This document shows positions 37,998 to 51,280 of a DNA stretch of 64,000 nucleotides, one piece after another. Made by a program: the position numbers and the translations under genes. Where the stretch lies: NCBI RefSeq assembly GCF_006345805.1, contig NC_043021.1, positions 434,001-498,000 on the forward strand. Direction: 5' to 3'. The stretch is from Octopus sinensis (Eukaryota). Position 1 is the stretch's first letter. Each line of letters starts with the position of its first letter. The notes beneath the pieces are model-generated. The model was not told the DNA's origin and ran no database searches. It saw only the letters and a list, made by a program, of their open reading frames with translations.

Positions 37998-40091
37998 CTG
38001 TAATATAAAGACAAAAACGAAATAACATTTTAGAATAAAGGCAAGTTAGATGCAAAACTGTAATTTTAAAAAATACATAATTAATCTATTTGACTAAAAT
38101 AGCATGTCTACTTTGCAAACAATAATTTAGGGAAGGAGTTTTGTAGGAGTATTGCTACATTCCATTGACAATATATAATCTGCTTCACAAATCCCTACAA
38201 ATAACCGACCTTCCCTAATTATCCAATTTATATTCGATTTAAAGAAATGGACTGAAGAAAATCTATGTCCACCTGATGAAACTCTTCAAGTAGAAGAGCA
38301 TCAACAGTTGGCTCTTCTGATACTATTAAATTCTCAAACAAAATCTCTTTTTAGAAGCTATTTAATCCTACCAACTTACACAGCACATACAACTCTATTG
38401 CCTTCTGATGATAAGACAGTCAAATGTTTCAATTCAAATGTCTTAGTTTTGCTCTTACGAATAATGTTGCATGTTTCCAACATGGATAATCTTATTTATG
38501 TGATGTGAAATGTGATAAGATCAAAGAGGAACATAACAAAAATTTATATAAATTCTTAAAGCGCTCTTATAAATCTAAATGACACAGAAGGTGTAGATTT
38601 TGAATCTATCTGTATTCTAGGTTATATTCTAATTCATATATTCTATTCTAAGCCACAATGAGCTGCATCTTGATTTCCTTATGTTTACCTCCATTCAGAG
38701 ATCTATGTTTGCTAATGAACCCTTACCACATAACAACAGGTGTTTGCATATTCCTGATGGGTTACTCACTTCTCTAAAACAAAAGACATCTGGTCAATGC
38801 TGAGGAAGCAGTAATGGCCACCAATGTCTTCAAAAACAGTAATGACAGTCAGTCAAGGACTAAGTTAACAAACATGTGCTGTTTACCCTCGACGTTGATG
38901 TCTTTCAAGGTCACCATCAAGGAAAATGGCAGGCCTGTTACCTTTCTTTTCTTAATCACTAAATTAAACCATATGAAATCATTGCACAATAGAATAGGGG
39001 TTTATGTGAAAGTTGAGGCTCTCAAAAAGTGTTATCATTTGCTCTTTGGTAGACAATTTATTCTGGTAACTCATTAGGAATCAGTAGCTTACATATTCAA
39101 TATAAAACACAAAACTAAGGTTAAAGGTGTGAAAATATATCAGACAAGTGATTAGTTATCCATCAATGCTGCTGCAGTTGCACTACCAGGCAATTTTTTG
39201 TGGTGCCACTTTCCAGAGTCACCCCTTAGAACTACACAATTCTCTACGCCACCCTAACATTACAAAGTTGATGCATTTTGTCATGTACAAAATCTTCCTT
39301 ATTCGATAGATGACAATGAACAGGTTATTTCTGGATACCGTGTTTGTTAATATTACCATTCACAACTGCATCAACACATCAGATCTTTGCATAAACTTTT
39401 AAGTGTTTGTTCCCTTCACCATTAAGTAATAAATATTCCTGTGTTTTTTTCTTTACTTTCATTTGTGTCACTTCATTTCTTTAAAAGTACAACCACAGTA
39501 CTTAAGAACATCTATATAATACATAGAACCTCTTTGGCATTTGGTAATAACTATATAGTACGTAGTACTTGTATCACACATAATACATATACAGTGTAGT
39601 ATATAGGTAAATAATCAAATAAGGTATACAATCAATATTTCAGGGATTGCCATAATCAGTAGAGCATGAGAGAAAATGATCAGCACACTTTTGTATTCTG
39701 AGTTCAAATCCATCTCATGTTCACTTCCGGGGTCAATAAAATAACTGTAGATTCATATAACTCATTGTTCTCTTTTCTGAATTGTTTGTCTCTATGACTG
39801 AGTTAGAAATTACAATTTCTCACTGTCTACATACATCTTGTCTTTATTGTCGGGCATTAGATTGAACATTAAATATGTACAGACAGTTTGGAATTAGTGA
39901 AATGAGATCTGACTGTTATGTTGTGGCACTGATCAGGTTCCAGAGCTACTTAGAAACTCTGGCATTAATTCAAGCAGAGACTTGCCAAACATTTCAAGAC
40001 ATTACCAGCAGCAGTGTATAGAGTTGTAGGATGACAATCAATGGTACAAGACTTCAATAAATATTCAAAGACAATAAAAATGATGACACAC

Positions 40092-40209
40092 CTGGTGGAT
40101 CTACTGAAGGTGGTGTCTCACAAGCATATTCCACAACTCTTTCTAAAGACGTGATGTTGTTCTCTAGTTCTGTTGCATGACGTGCTATCATGTTCACATA
40201 AATTGGCAT
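40092..40209 (-). CDS. ABCC exon: end of TMD2
   Basis: tttcag| MPIYVNMIARHATELENNITSLERVVEY...DPP |gtgtgt; phase 0 to 1. Confidence 0.88.
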
Positions 40210-40881
40210 CTGAAATAGATAAAAATTCCACAGAGCAATGATGAAAAAATACATCATAGTTTCCATCAGAAATATATTACTACATAGATGTACAGTAAAA
40301 TAAAGATAAAATCATCCAAGAAATTTCTCTACTCAAGAAGAGAACCAAAGAAATATGAATTAGCATGTATATATATTATACGGGTCGTACATATAAAGGT
40401 TTTACACAAGAGTGGCTCAGCTGCCCTGAAAATTACAACATTTATCTCCAGATTAATGTTGGGCATTATAATGACATCAGTCACATTGTTTCTGATTTCC
40501 AATTTACATTCACAATAGACAGTGATGTTTTGTATTTTGGTCAGTGGAATGTTTAAGATTTCGGTAAGAACTAAAATTTCATTCACTGCATCACTATCCA
40601 GTCAGAAAAATACTGGAGGTTAGTACTGGAAATCTGATATTAAATCGCTTTTTAACTATTCAATCAGAAACTGGATGCCAGTGTTGCATATGTGAATCAG
40701 TTACACAATTCTCCAATGCAGGTATTGTTTATCAGAAATATACAAGAGCTGACCAGTCCAGCTGGAAGAGGAATTTCAGAGATGACTTGTAGGGGTCAGC
40801 AATGCTTTCAGCAAAACTAAGAAAAGAAATGTGAGCCTGTGATTCTACCAAAACATGAAGAACTCATCAAATTCTACTTAC

Positions 40882-40995
40882 CATGAGAACATTCAACATA
40901 CAGAGTCCAACTAATGTGCCATTTTCTTCGTTTTGAATGGAGAAAGCCAAGCTACCAAGTGATGCCAGTAATAAAATAAGGCATCCAAGGAAATC
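40882..40995 (-). CDS. ABCC exon: last TMD2 helices
   Basis: attgcag| DFLGCLILLLASLGSLAFSIQNEENGTLVGLCMLNVLM |gtaagt; phase 0 to 0; too short for the ORF track. Confidence 0.88.
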
Positions 40996-42536
40996 CTGCA
41001 ATAAGAAGTTCTTGTTACACAAGTTAACCATTTAAATGGACAGAAACATTATTCTGGGAAGCTTATAACTGTTGTTATTACAACTGCTGAATGTGATCAA
41101 CTGGCAGAATTGTTAGCACCATGGCAAAGATGCAATGAGACAGTTGTTCACACACTTTACATTCTTAGATTTAATAAAGTAAAGGATCAGTTAAGGCTGG
41201 GGTCAACTTCATTGACTTACACTACCAACCCACAAAAATTGCTGACCTTGTACCAAAATTAGAAACAATTACTATTTCTAAAGCAGCAGCAATAGTAGTC
41301 CAAGTTCAATTCTGCCATATTTCACTTAGCTTTTTATCATTGTGGGCCAATAGACACCAGAGAAGTAATGAAGCCAATTGTCCCATGTCTCTCTTTCTCC
41401 TCAGCAAATCTATGTTGCAGTGTCATCATCACCATCATCATTATTATTTAACATCCATTTTCTATACAGGAATGGATTGGAACGTTTGACAGGAGCTGGC
41501 GAGCCAGAGAGCTGCCCCAGGCTCCAACTGTCTGTTTTTTCATGGTTTCTATGGCTGGAGTGATCTGGCTGGGTTTTTTTTACATGGCACCAACACAAGA
41601 GTTTTATACATGGCAGTAGTGCTACAATTAGGAATTATATATTCTTACCAATATGGTCAGACAACTGAATACTGGGCCTTTGAATCCCTATGTCATATTT
41701 CTGACAATATAAAAGCCTTTGTTGTTTTTACTAAGACTTTATGATGTACAAACACAAAGGGTTTTTTTTTTAACGTTCCTGGTTTTGGGTAAAAGAAAAT
41801 ACAGGAGGATTATTTAATTATGATTTTATTCAAAATATTCCCCTCTCAGATTCACACACTTATTGCAGTGGTCCTTTAGTTTTTCTAAGCCCTGTAAAAG
41901 AACTCGGAAAGTTGGGCCTCCAGCCAGGCCTTTCACAATACTCTTAAAGCCAGGAACTTTACAGCACTCCCTTGTAAAGAAATGGGTGCATGTAAGAGAT
42001 GTCAATTGTCCCAACAGAGTAAACATCAAAATATTAAGGATCTGTCAACCTGTAAGGATTACAGTGGTTAGGGGGTGAGGTGGAGATTACAGTTTATAGG
42101 TTTTGAGTTTTTATACAGATGCTGGGGATGTGTATATCCCCTACTAAAAACCTATTTCACTTCATTATAATAGATACCATGAGGAGGTAGAAAAAGTCCT
42201 ATAACACTGTTTCATACAGGGCTTCTCAAATGGATTAAATAAAGGGTCTGGCTTTAGTAAAGTTGGAACCCCTGAACATTCACTCTATAGTTTTAACATC
42301 TTAATTAACCAAATCAGTGAGTCATTAAATGAAAACTTAATCTCCATATGGTGGGTCGACAAACTGGTTTTCTGTTGGTTTCCAATAACAACTATTTGCA
42401 ACTAAATGGATTCAAACAGTGAAACACAAAGTATAGACTTGTGGCGATCCATCCAAGTCATCTTACTTGACACAACCAACAGACAACCTCTTGAGTAAAA
42501 TGAAATAATGTTGAGATTAGAAAGAGTAACACTTAC

Positions 42537-42639
42537 CAAGCGTATGGCTAACCACCGATTCACAGCATGAATGTACAGGAAGACGACATTGAATACGTTT
42601 ATTGCATGGGTAACATAACCAGTAAACCAGTACTGTACC
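42537..42639 (-). CDS. ABCC exon: TMD2
   Basis: tttcag| VQYWF...AVNRWLAIRL |gtaagt; phase 2 to 0. Confidence 0.9.
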
Positions 42640-42990
42640 CTGAAAATAGAATTTAAAAACAGGCAACTACAAGTCATGTGTTCTATCAGCTGTATGATAC
42701 TGAGCTACTAAAAATTAGGGACTCAACTAATTTTCAGTTTTAATTACCATTGCTTAATCATTTACACCACTCTTCCTAATTTGACTTCAGTAATTTTTAG
42801 ATTTTTGAGAGGAGAGCTAACTTACCTTGTTATTCCACTTCAAGGAAAATACAGGTTATGATCATGTATTTTGATATATGAATAGTAAAGAACTGGTGAA
42901 ATAACTAATTAATTAAATCAGAAATTAGTAACAAGCTGATAAATTAAATTAGTTGTGACAAAAATTAGTAATGGAAAACATCAAATATAC

Positions 42991-43083
42991 CTGTAAGCTC
43001 GAATTGTCCGAAGTCCACTGAGAATTTCTGAGAAATGGTTAAAAAGAGGCAGTTTGGTAAGATTCTGAAGACGATTGAGCTGT
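42991..43083 (-). CDS. ABCC exon: TMD2 intracellular loop
   Basis: ctatag| QLNRLQNLTKLPLFNHFSEILSGLRTIRAY |gtatat; phase 2 to 2. Confidence 0.9.
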
Positions 43084-43651
43084 CTATAGAATAGAAGAGA
43101 AATAATTCACTGTAGAGAGTTGATTAATGAAAACTATAGAGTACATTACCAACTCCACGCACGTGTGTTTGTGTGTGTCAGCTACACTTTGCTGATAAAG
43201 TATATTCCATCTGTTTTGATTCCAACTCCTTCCAATACCTAATTAGTTGTCTTTCATTATGATCTTCTTCTCACTCACCTTCATCTTGGTCTGTATTTCT
43301 TTTCCCACTTCCTTCTACACACTACCTCCCAGACCACAACCTGGCATGTTGATGACCTTTCTACTTCTCCATATCAAAATATTTCTTTCTTAACATCTAT
43401 TACTTCTTGGAATATCAATTTTCATCATCACTTCCTTCCTTAGCATAATTCAATCAGAAACCCCTAATTATAACTGAAAATGAATAAAGACCATTTACTT
43501 TATTGTCTTTAGTTTTATAGATTTTTTTCTTTCCACATGCCTTACAAGTAAATTCTTTTATTCATGTGACTTTTCCCTACGTTGACAAAGAAATAAGTTA
43601 CTAAATATATATACATATGTATATATACATACGTAGATATAAATATATGTA

Positions 43652-43694
<43 letters not shown>

Positions 43695-43866
43695 CTGTGT
43701 CTGGGGAGATGCATTTTCTTAGGAAAATAAGAAATAAGTGGAAATTTTACGGGTGAGTGTGTTAAATTATAAGGCACAAAAAGAAAATGACTGTCCCCAG
43801 ACACAACAGAATATGCTTCAACACACGAACTCACATAAAGAATCTTGCAAACTTAATCCAAAAACG

Positions 43867-43917
<51 letters not shown>

Positions 43918-44084
43918 TATATATATATATATATACAAAATATGGGATTTAGTTCAAAGGTGATCTAAACGACCAAGTACACTAGGTAAGTGCTGTAACG
44001 GATTACAACGGTCCCAAGGTTATAGCCGAGATGGTAGTTATGGAACCATTGCAGATTTCCTATATGGCGGATATAGAATTGTTT

Positions 44085-44482
44085 AAGAGGACAACAAACG
44101 TTAAGGCAAGGCAAACATTTCAAGTCAGATACATTATTATTACTGGAAAAAAAAAAATTCAGTATGGGATATTCCATCATCGGACACAAATAGGGAAAAT
44201 GAGAAGGATTCAGATTAATGAAACGACGACATAGAGGACAGGAATAAAGGAATAAGGAGATGAAGAGAAGAAAATAGAACTTAGAAAGTTGAATTGTGAA
44301 CTTTTATGCCTCTTTCTTCATATTCCTTAATTCCTGTCCTTTAAGTCATCATTTCATTAATCTATACCCTTCTCATTTTCCCCATTTGTCTGATGACAGA
44401 ATATCCCAGAAACAGCTGTAAGACTTTGAATTTTTTTTCAATAAAAATAATGTATATGACTGGAGATGTTTGTTGTCCTCTA
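44085..44482. mobile_element. Foldback element with ~190 bp imperfect arms in an ABCC intron
   Basis: AGAGGACAACAAAC...GGGAAAATGAGAAGG...AGGACAGGAAT..AGGAATA mirrored in reverse complement around ~44290. Confidence 0.8.
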
Positions 44483-44971
44483 GATACTGAGAGGTAATAT
44501 TTATCCTTACTTAAACATGGAGGTTCTGTTACAATAAACTATACAACAATAAAACACTTCAAGAGAAACTCTCATATTGACTTTTGGTGCAAAAGGAACT
44601 CTAGCTCCTTATCCCTAGTCACGTAAACAACATTCTTTCTCTATTATTCCTAATTGTACATCTAACACTTCAGCCGTACTCCATCCTCTTTCTCTATTTC
44701 ACAACATTTCCTCTGTACTTCATGTTCCCTCTTAGCTTTATATTTACATAAAACTCGTTTTCAAAATAGTCACTCCTATTTTTAACTATTAAAGTCTGTC
44801 AAGTACATTAATTACTTAGCAAATACAGAGAGCAAAACTTATGGTAAACCACTTTTAATTTAATGTAGTCCATTCCTATACACACACACACACACACACA
44901 CAAGCATCTACCATGCATAAACAAGCCTTGTTTGACACAGGAAAGCATTAAGAAGACAGAAAAAGACTAAC

Positions 44972-45129
44972 CTGATGGAAGGTCGGTAAAATTTGAAGAG
45001 CAGATAAAAGAGTATTATTATAGGAACAGTGGCCAGTACAAAATAGGGCATAGCTATAGAACAGATGACCAGCACTATGATTGCTTGTAGTAAGAACCTC
45101 AACAATAACTCTATGGTTGTTGGTAGGAT
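44972..45129 (-). CDS. ABCC exon: TMD2
   Basis: tttcag| ILPTTIELLLRFLLQ...MPYFVLATVPIIILFYLLFKFYRPSI |gttagt; phase 0 to 2. Confidence 0.88.
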
Positions 45130-46384
45130 CTGAAATAAACAGGATAGAAATGGATATAAAATGGTATGTAAAAGTACAAAATCATGGTGGTGCTCCAGCA
45201 TGACCACAGCTACATGGCTGAAATGAATAAAAGCGTGTGTGTGCACAGTGTACTGAAAAGATGCTCTTGAGCAAGCACAAACAGGACATCTACTCCTTCA
45301 GTCCAGGGCAAAACTTTGAGTAGACTCAATTTTGATATAAGGAACATACACAAAGAGAGACTTATCAATACAGTATTCTATGGCCAGATTCCCTTCCTGA
45401 TGCCAGTTGTTACTTGTATCCCAATAAATAAGTTACTTATTCCACTGGAATCTGAATGGATGGATGAATACCAAAATCTCTCAAGTGCTTTGAGGTCAAT
45501 GCCTATAGAGAGAAGCAAATGGCATGGATGGAGGAGGAACAAGCATAGAATTATTGCAAATATGTTGAACAAGAACTTAATGCAATTAATGATACGTCAT
45601 TGGAAAAAGTTCAAAAGAATATGACAAACAAAAAAAATTGCATTTATCATTTGGAGAAATAGTATCTAGATTTATATCTCACAGCTTAGTGGTGCAACAA
45701 ACAGAAACTGATAAAATAAGTCATTAAAAATTAAGTACAAACGATGTAGGGGACTAAAACCTTTCACAGTCCCTACCACCAGCATGGTTGCCGTCTGACA
45801 ACGGAAACAGAGATCAGAATAAACATCTACAGCTAGACATATACAAATGTGTGTCGGTGTGAATACATATTTAGAGTAAACACTTGTGGGCTGAGGGTGC
45901 CCTCTCTAAATGCAAGGATCAATAGCTCGTCAGGCAGTGAAACATCTTTCCAGGTGTTTTGGCCCCTTCCACCATGATACCAGAAGTCCTCAGGGCCACT
46001 CACTGATGCAGGCAACACAACTCTTACACAACAATACAAGCTTTGTTAGTTCAGATGTTGTGACCCTAAGCCAGATGATTCTACCATCCTCAATGCAGAT
46101 GTTCATACCTATACGTGTGTGTGTATGTGCATATATATATTGTTCAACCCATGCCAACATGAAAAGCAGACATTGAACATTGATGATGATGATATATATA
46201 TATATTATATAGAGGGCACTATTACTCATAAATGCCACATGCTAGCATGTAGCATTTATGTGCAATAGTGCCCTCTATATAATATAAATAAATAAATTTA
46301 AGGGAAAAAATTGATGTTTTTTTTTTCTCTTATGAGGTTTTTCATGCTAACTACTTTATAAATTCTTATGAAGATTTTATCCTA

Positions 46385-46432
<48 letters not shown>

Positions 46433-46927
46433 GTTCATTTTCTTCATTTTGCTGTAGTGGACAGGTTGGAGAGGTAATGTCATTTTCGAAGCAGTGTTTT
46501 TTTATAACCAGATGATCTCCATGTTAGTTTACCATTTCTTGTTTTACAGATAAGAAAGGAAGTTTCCGTTCCATTATTTCAAGAGCACAGTTATTGCACC
46601 AAAATATTCACCAGGAACGTAAGTACATTCACAACATATTTTTTTACTCAGGCAGAAATGATAACTTTCTGGTATGTGCATACACACACACGCACACATA
46701 CAGATGTAAATATACGGATGCATAAACACAAACACATATTACCCAGTGCCCCTGTATATCTTGTGAGACAATGGATCTATAACTAGAATGACCCTTTCCA
46801 AGGTGCAGACCTGGATAAGGTTCAGGACGTCAACCGCTTTCCATGGCACCAATGCTGAATGAGAGAGAAGTGAGTGGAGAAATGCTCAGCTGACCAACAC
46901 CACAGACACTCAAAACACTGAACTTAC

Positions 46928-46997
46928 CTGGTCAACAATACGACTGTCTGCTGAGAATGTATTGAGAATAGTGGCAGGTGGGGTTGACTCAAAGTGA
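46928..46997 (-). CDS. ABCC exon: TMD2 intracellular loop
   Basis: tttcag| HFESTPPATILNTFSADSRIVDQ |gtaagt; matches the FFDTTP.GRILNRFS.D...VD motif; phase 2 to 0. Confidence 0.88.
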
Positions 46998-47420
46998 CTG
47001 AAACAGAAAACAGAACAGTCAAACACTCACATATTGAATGTTATAGGTAACAGGTAACATCAATCAGTTCTAGTCAAGGTACACTTAGCTACAAGCCTTA
47101 GTTTATACTTTCAAGACATGGATTGCCCCTGGCCTACTTAATATCCAAACATACATACAGTAGGCATATAGGCCCATAACATATTCCTAAATACTTGTCA
47201 AACCTTCACTCACCAACACACCACAACCACACAGATACACTATATCCTCTCACTGCCTTTTATACTTATACTACACCAGCTCCTGCTCACAGGAACTAAA
47301 AAGCTATCTATCACCTCACATACCAGCTTTTATTCTTCTTTTCCTTCTAATCATGCCTCATTCCCATAATCCCTGTAATAAGCTACAGTCAAGAGAAGAA
47401 CTCGATACTGTTTCACTTAC

Positions 47421-47587
47421 ATCACAGGTAAACTGGTCAAATAATGAAGCATCTTCTGGTGAAGTCGGTCAGCTCCTCTCACTGTGGTGAACTTTAGTAA
47501 TAGACCAGTCAACACTGTGACTGCCACACAGCTTAAACAGATGACCATATATAAACCAATATAGTAGGTGTGGTTGACAGGTGTGTG
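47421..47587 (-). CDS. ABCC exon: TMD2
   Basis: ttgcag| HTPVNHTYYIGLYMVICL...GADRLHQKMLHYLTSLPV |gtaagt; phase 0 to 2. Confidence 0.88.
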
Positions 47588-48607
47588 CTGCAAACAGAGA
47601 AGGAAAAAAAAGATCAACATTGTTACATCTTATGTGTGATTAGACTGTAGAAGATTGTCACCAGAAATAAAATTTATGTTTAGTGTGAAAGGGATAGACC
47701 CATGAAGTGGTGTGAAAGGCTCTTGAGACACTGGGCCTCACTGAGGAAATGACAAGTGACCAGGAGTTGAGGTGATTTGCTGTACTTGAGAAGATGTGTT
47801 GAGCTAAGAATAATCATGGTCATCCATACATACGTGCATGTCCTTTGCAGGTGCCGGTGCCACATGAAATGCACTCGTGCCAGTGCTGCACTGATGCACC
47901 CATGCCAGTAACACATTAAAAGCATCCACCACATTCTGTAAAGTGTTTGGCATTAGGAAGGGTATCCAGCCATAGAAACCATGCCACAACAGACAGTTGG
48001 AGTTTGGACAGCTCCTGTCAAGCCACCCAACCCATACCAGCATAGAAAGTGGACATTAAACAATGATGATGATAGATATATATATGCATATATACATATT
48101 GCATGGCCAGGCTTAAACAAGTAGTGTAGCACTCAATCAGCACTGTCTTTCATTTGAGTAAATGTATTATAATACAAATGAAAAGTTTTGTGAAATACAG
48201 CTGCCCAAGGTTTCCTGGTCAAAATATTAATTAACTTTGCCAGTTTTCAAGCTGATAAAAACAACAAGATGGTTTGTCAGCTATGTTCAATGTAGCTGAC
48301 ATATGAATAGGAACACTTATATAGAAGACAGAAAGGAACACAAAGAAAATAACCAGCATTACAACAAACATTTCACAGATCAAAAATGCATAAACCAGAT
48401 GGGAATGGTTTAAGATGTGTCCAGCAGTCTGGCTTTAATCTCCATTAAGCTGTATTTTAAAATGTGGACATAAAGAAAAAAATCTCATTCCTGGAATTTA
48501 CACAGTCTTTAGAGGTTCCTTAAAAGGTGCAGTTTTAAATGAATATATTGGACATCTTTTTGACTTGTTAATATAGGGTTCAGTCTTGGAAAGGGTTTTC
48601 CATTTAA

Positions 48608-48803
48608 CCCTTTTGATACAAAACCACCTCTGGTGCTGTGGTACAAATGTCTTGTTCTCAAAAATTCTGAATTAAAATCTTCCATCAAACCTTAGTCACA
48701 ACTTATGTTCCTAACACTAGCTTAATGATAACTACTAAGTTATTTTACTAAATTCTTTGTTATAAACACAGAGCATCTTAACTGAAATATGGTAACAAAA
48801 GGG
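48608..48803. mobile_element. piggyBac-type MITE
   Basis: TTAA|CCCTTTTGATAC ... GTAACAAAAGGG|TTAA. Confidence 0.8.
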
Positions 48804-49025
48804 TTAATATTGTAGGAGCATGTGTGTGTTTGTATATATATTTCATACATAGCCAGGAATTCCACCTGCATCCCACTTTTTAGAAGAGGTGACTAAAAAT
48901 AATGGTATCAAGGACACCCATCGATAAAAGACTACCTCAATAAGTCTCATCCAGCAAAATGGTAAAACAGATGCAAAAGTGATGATGATGTACCATGATT
49001 AAAAGGTGAAAAAAAAACAACCTAC

Positions 49026-49273
49026 CTTTGGACTGGTGATGGAATTATTCTGATGTATTTCATAATGCACAGAGTGTTTTGAGTACATCCAGTTAGCAAG
49101 CCAAAGATCAGAGGTGACTATTAAAGTGTGTTTGCACAAAAGGAGTAACACCAATAATAGAACCAGTGAAGAGGAGCAGAGTTTCAGGAATTCAAAACAC
49201 ATACCAGTGGAGATTGAACCAAGGTCACGCAGATCCAGTTTTAATGATGGACTTTCTTCTTCTTCATTGTCCT
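49026..49273 (-). CDS. ABCC exon: end of linker and first helix of TMD2
   Basis: DNEEEESPS...DLGSISTGMCFEFLKLCSSSLVLLLVLLLLCKHTLIVTSDLWLANW...SPK |gtaggt; NAGNAG acceptor. Confidence 0.8.
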
Positions 49274-49627
49274 CTATCATATAACAAACAGACATCATTA
49301 TCATCATCATACACACACACACATATTACATAAATAGTTTTTTTTTATTAATACTTTTATATTTCCATTACATGTAAACCGTGTGTGTATGTATACACAA
49401 ACAGATTATCTACACACACGTGTACACAAATTATATATGTGTTAACCTTCAATATTATATCAATATTAAAATTAATTCCAGAAAATACTTTGCCAAAATA
49501 TTTAGAGAAAGAAAGAGACAATAAAGATTACAGAGAAATCTTAGAGATATTCTGTAAAAGAATTGCAGATTGAGACAAATGAATCCACACAGATTCTCCT
49601 TTGTAATACAGCAGCAATGGTGGGTTT

Positions 49628-49993
49628 ATTATTACCTCTGCCTTAGCAAAGGCAGAGGTATTATTTATAGTCACATTTGTTTGTTTGTCCATGAACAAAA
49701 TATCTCAAGAACCACAGGATGGATTCAGATGAAACTTTCAGGGATGTTTGGCTTCATACTGGCTTGAACTGATTAGATTTTGGGATCAATCCGGTACCGG
49801 ACATGGGTTCTGGATTATTTTACCAGTTTTTTACTTAATTTTTCAGAACAGCCGCGTTCATTTTTAGTATTCCCGTTTGTGAGAGCAGTTAAGTTTATTT
49901 CAGATGTTCTCATTTTAAAAATCATCTCTGGCTAATCATTGAGAGGACATTGGTGTTGCCTTGGCAGAGGTTTGCGCTCTAAGTGCTCTTGTT
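49628..49993 (+). mobile_element. Helentron-associated non-autonomous element (HINE/DINE-like)
   Basis: 5' ACCTCTGCC..hairpin..GGCAGAGGT, (GTTT)n tract, 3' CTTGGCAGAGGT sub-terminal repeat and GCGCTCTAAGTGC hairpin in T-rich context. Confidence 0.65.
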
Positions 49994-50812
49994 AATTTTG
50001 ATTTGTAATTAATAAGTTGTCAGAACAGATCCATTACATTCTTTAAAATGAAGTCATTTAGGATTCATCTTCTTAAGTTGCTACTTTGGCATAAAAGACA
50101 ATTGATATAGAACAGGTGGAAGAGAAGACCTAAAGAAAAACAGATTTCCTAACTCTCTAACCTCAACTACAACCACATGCTGGCCAAAATGCTTAGCAGC
50201 ATTTCATCCGTCTTTACATTCCGAGTTCAAATTCTGGCAAAGCCAACTTTGCTTTTCATCCTTTCAGAGTCAATAAAGTAAGTACCAGCTGAGTCCTGGG
50301 GGCCGATGTAATCAACTTACCCACTTTTCTGAAATTACTGGCTTTTTGACAAAATTTGTAACTGTTTTCATCAGACAGTGTGTGTGTGTGTGTGTAAAAT
50401 TTACAGCTCTGAGTCATAAGCAACTAAACACATTTAAGACAAGAAAGGAAACTTGACCTGCTAGACATATCAGCCAAATATCCTTCACATCATATTGCAG
50501 TATCTTAAAATAGAGAAAGACACATTGGATAATATAATCCTAGATATACTGTGTCAGAATAAAGATGCGATGATCACAGCACATCTCTGAACCTAGCTCT
50601 GTTGAAATGTGGATAAGGTACGGGTTAAACAACTATTGAAATAAGGAAATGAGGACCAAATACTTGAAGTACCAGTATCTTTGAAAAATATGTCCCCTAA
50701 TTTAATCACTGAGTGAATATGGAATTTGACACTTATCAACATATAGCAAATATCGACAGGGCCTGAACGATAGGTTGTTATACCATTGTTATAGAGTAGA
50801 GTCTATCTACAT

Positions 50813-51280
50813 CAGGGATTCCCAACATTATTTTGCTTGTGGACCCCCTGAGAGCTATCTTATCATCTGTGGATCCCATATATGCACATGTAAATTTTTG
50901 GGATCTTTACCTTTTGACCTACAGATTTAAAAAATAATTTTTTGTAACTAAACACTTTCAAACTTCAGACACTGGTAGAATGTGTCATATAAAACATCTT
51001 TTACTCTACCAGTGTCCGAAGTTTGAAAGTATTTAGTTACAAAAAATTATTTTTTAAATCTGTAGGTCAAAAGGTAAAGATCCAATTTTTGAAATAAAAT
51101 ATGCTTGTAGGTTAATAAAAACTAACAATGACAAAAGTTTGTTATATTCATAACATAAATTCCAAATATAAATCTTGAAAATTTCAATAAATACTGGTAC
51201 CTCTATATTTATATACATATTTATATATGGACCCACAAATTACAATTTTTTTACTTGTGGACCTCTGTTGGAAACCCCTG
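50813..51280. mobile_element. hAT-type MITE containing a nested 79 bp-arm palindrome
   Basis: TIRs CAGGGATTCCCAAC / GTTGGAAACCCCTG; 8 bp TSD ATCTACAT / ATCTAGAT. Confidence 0.8.
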
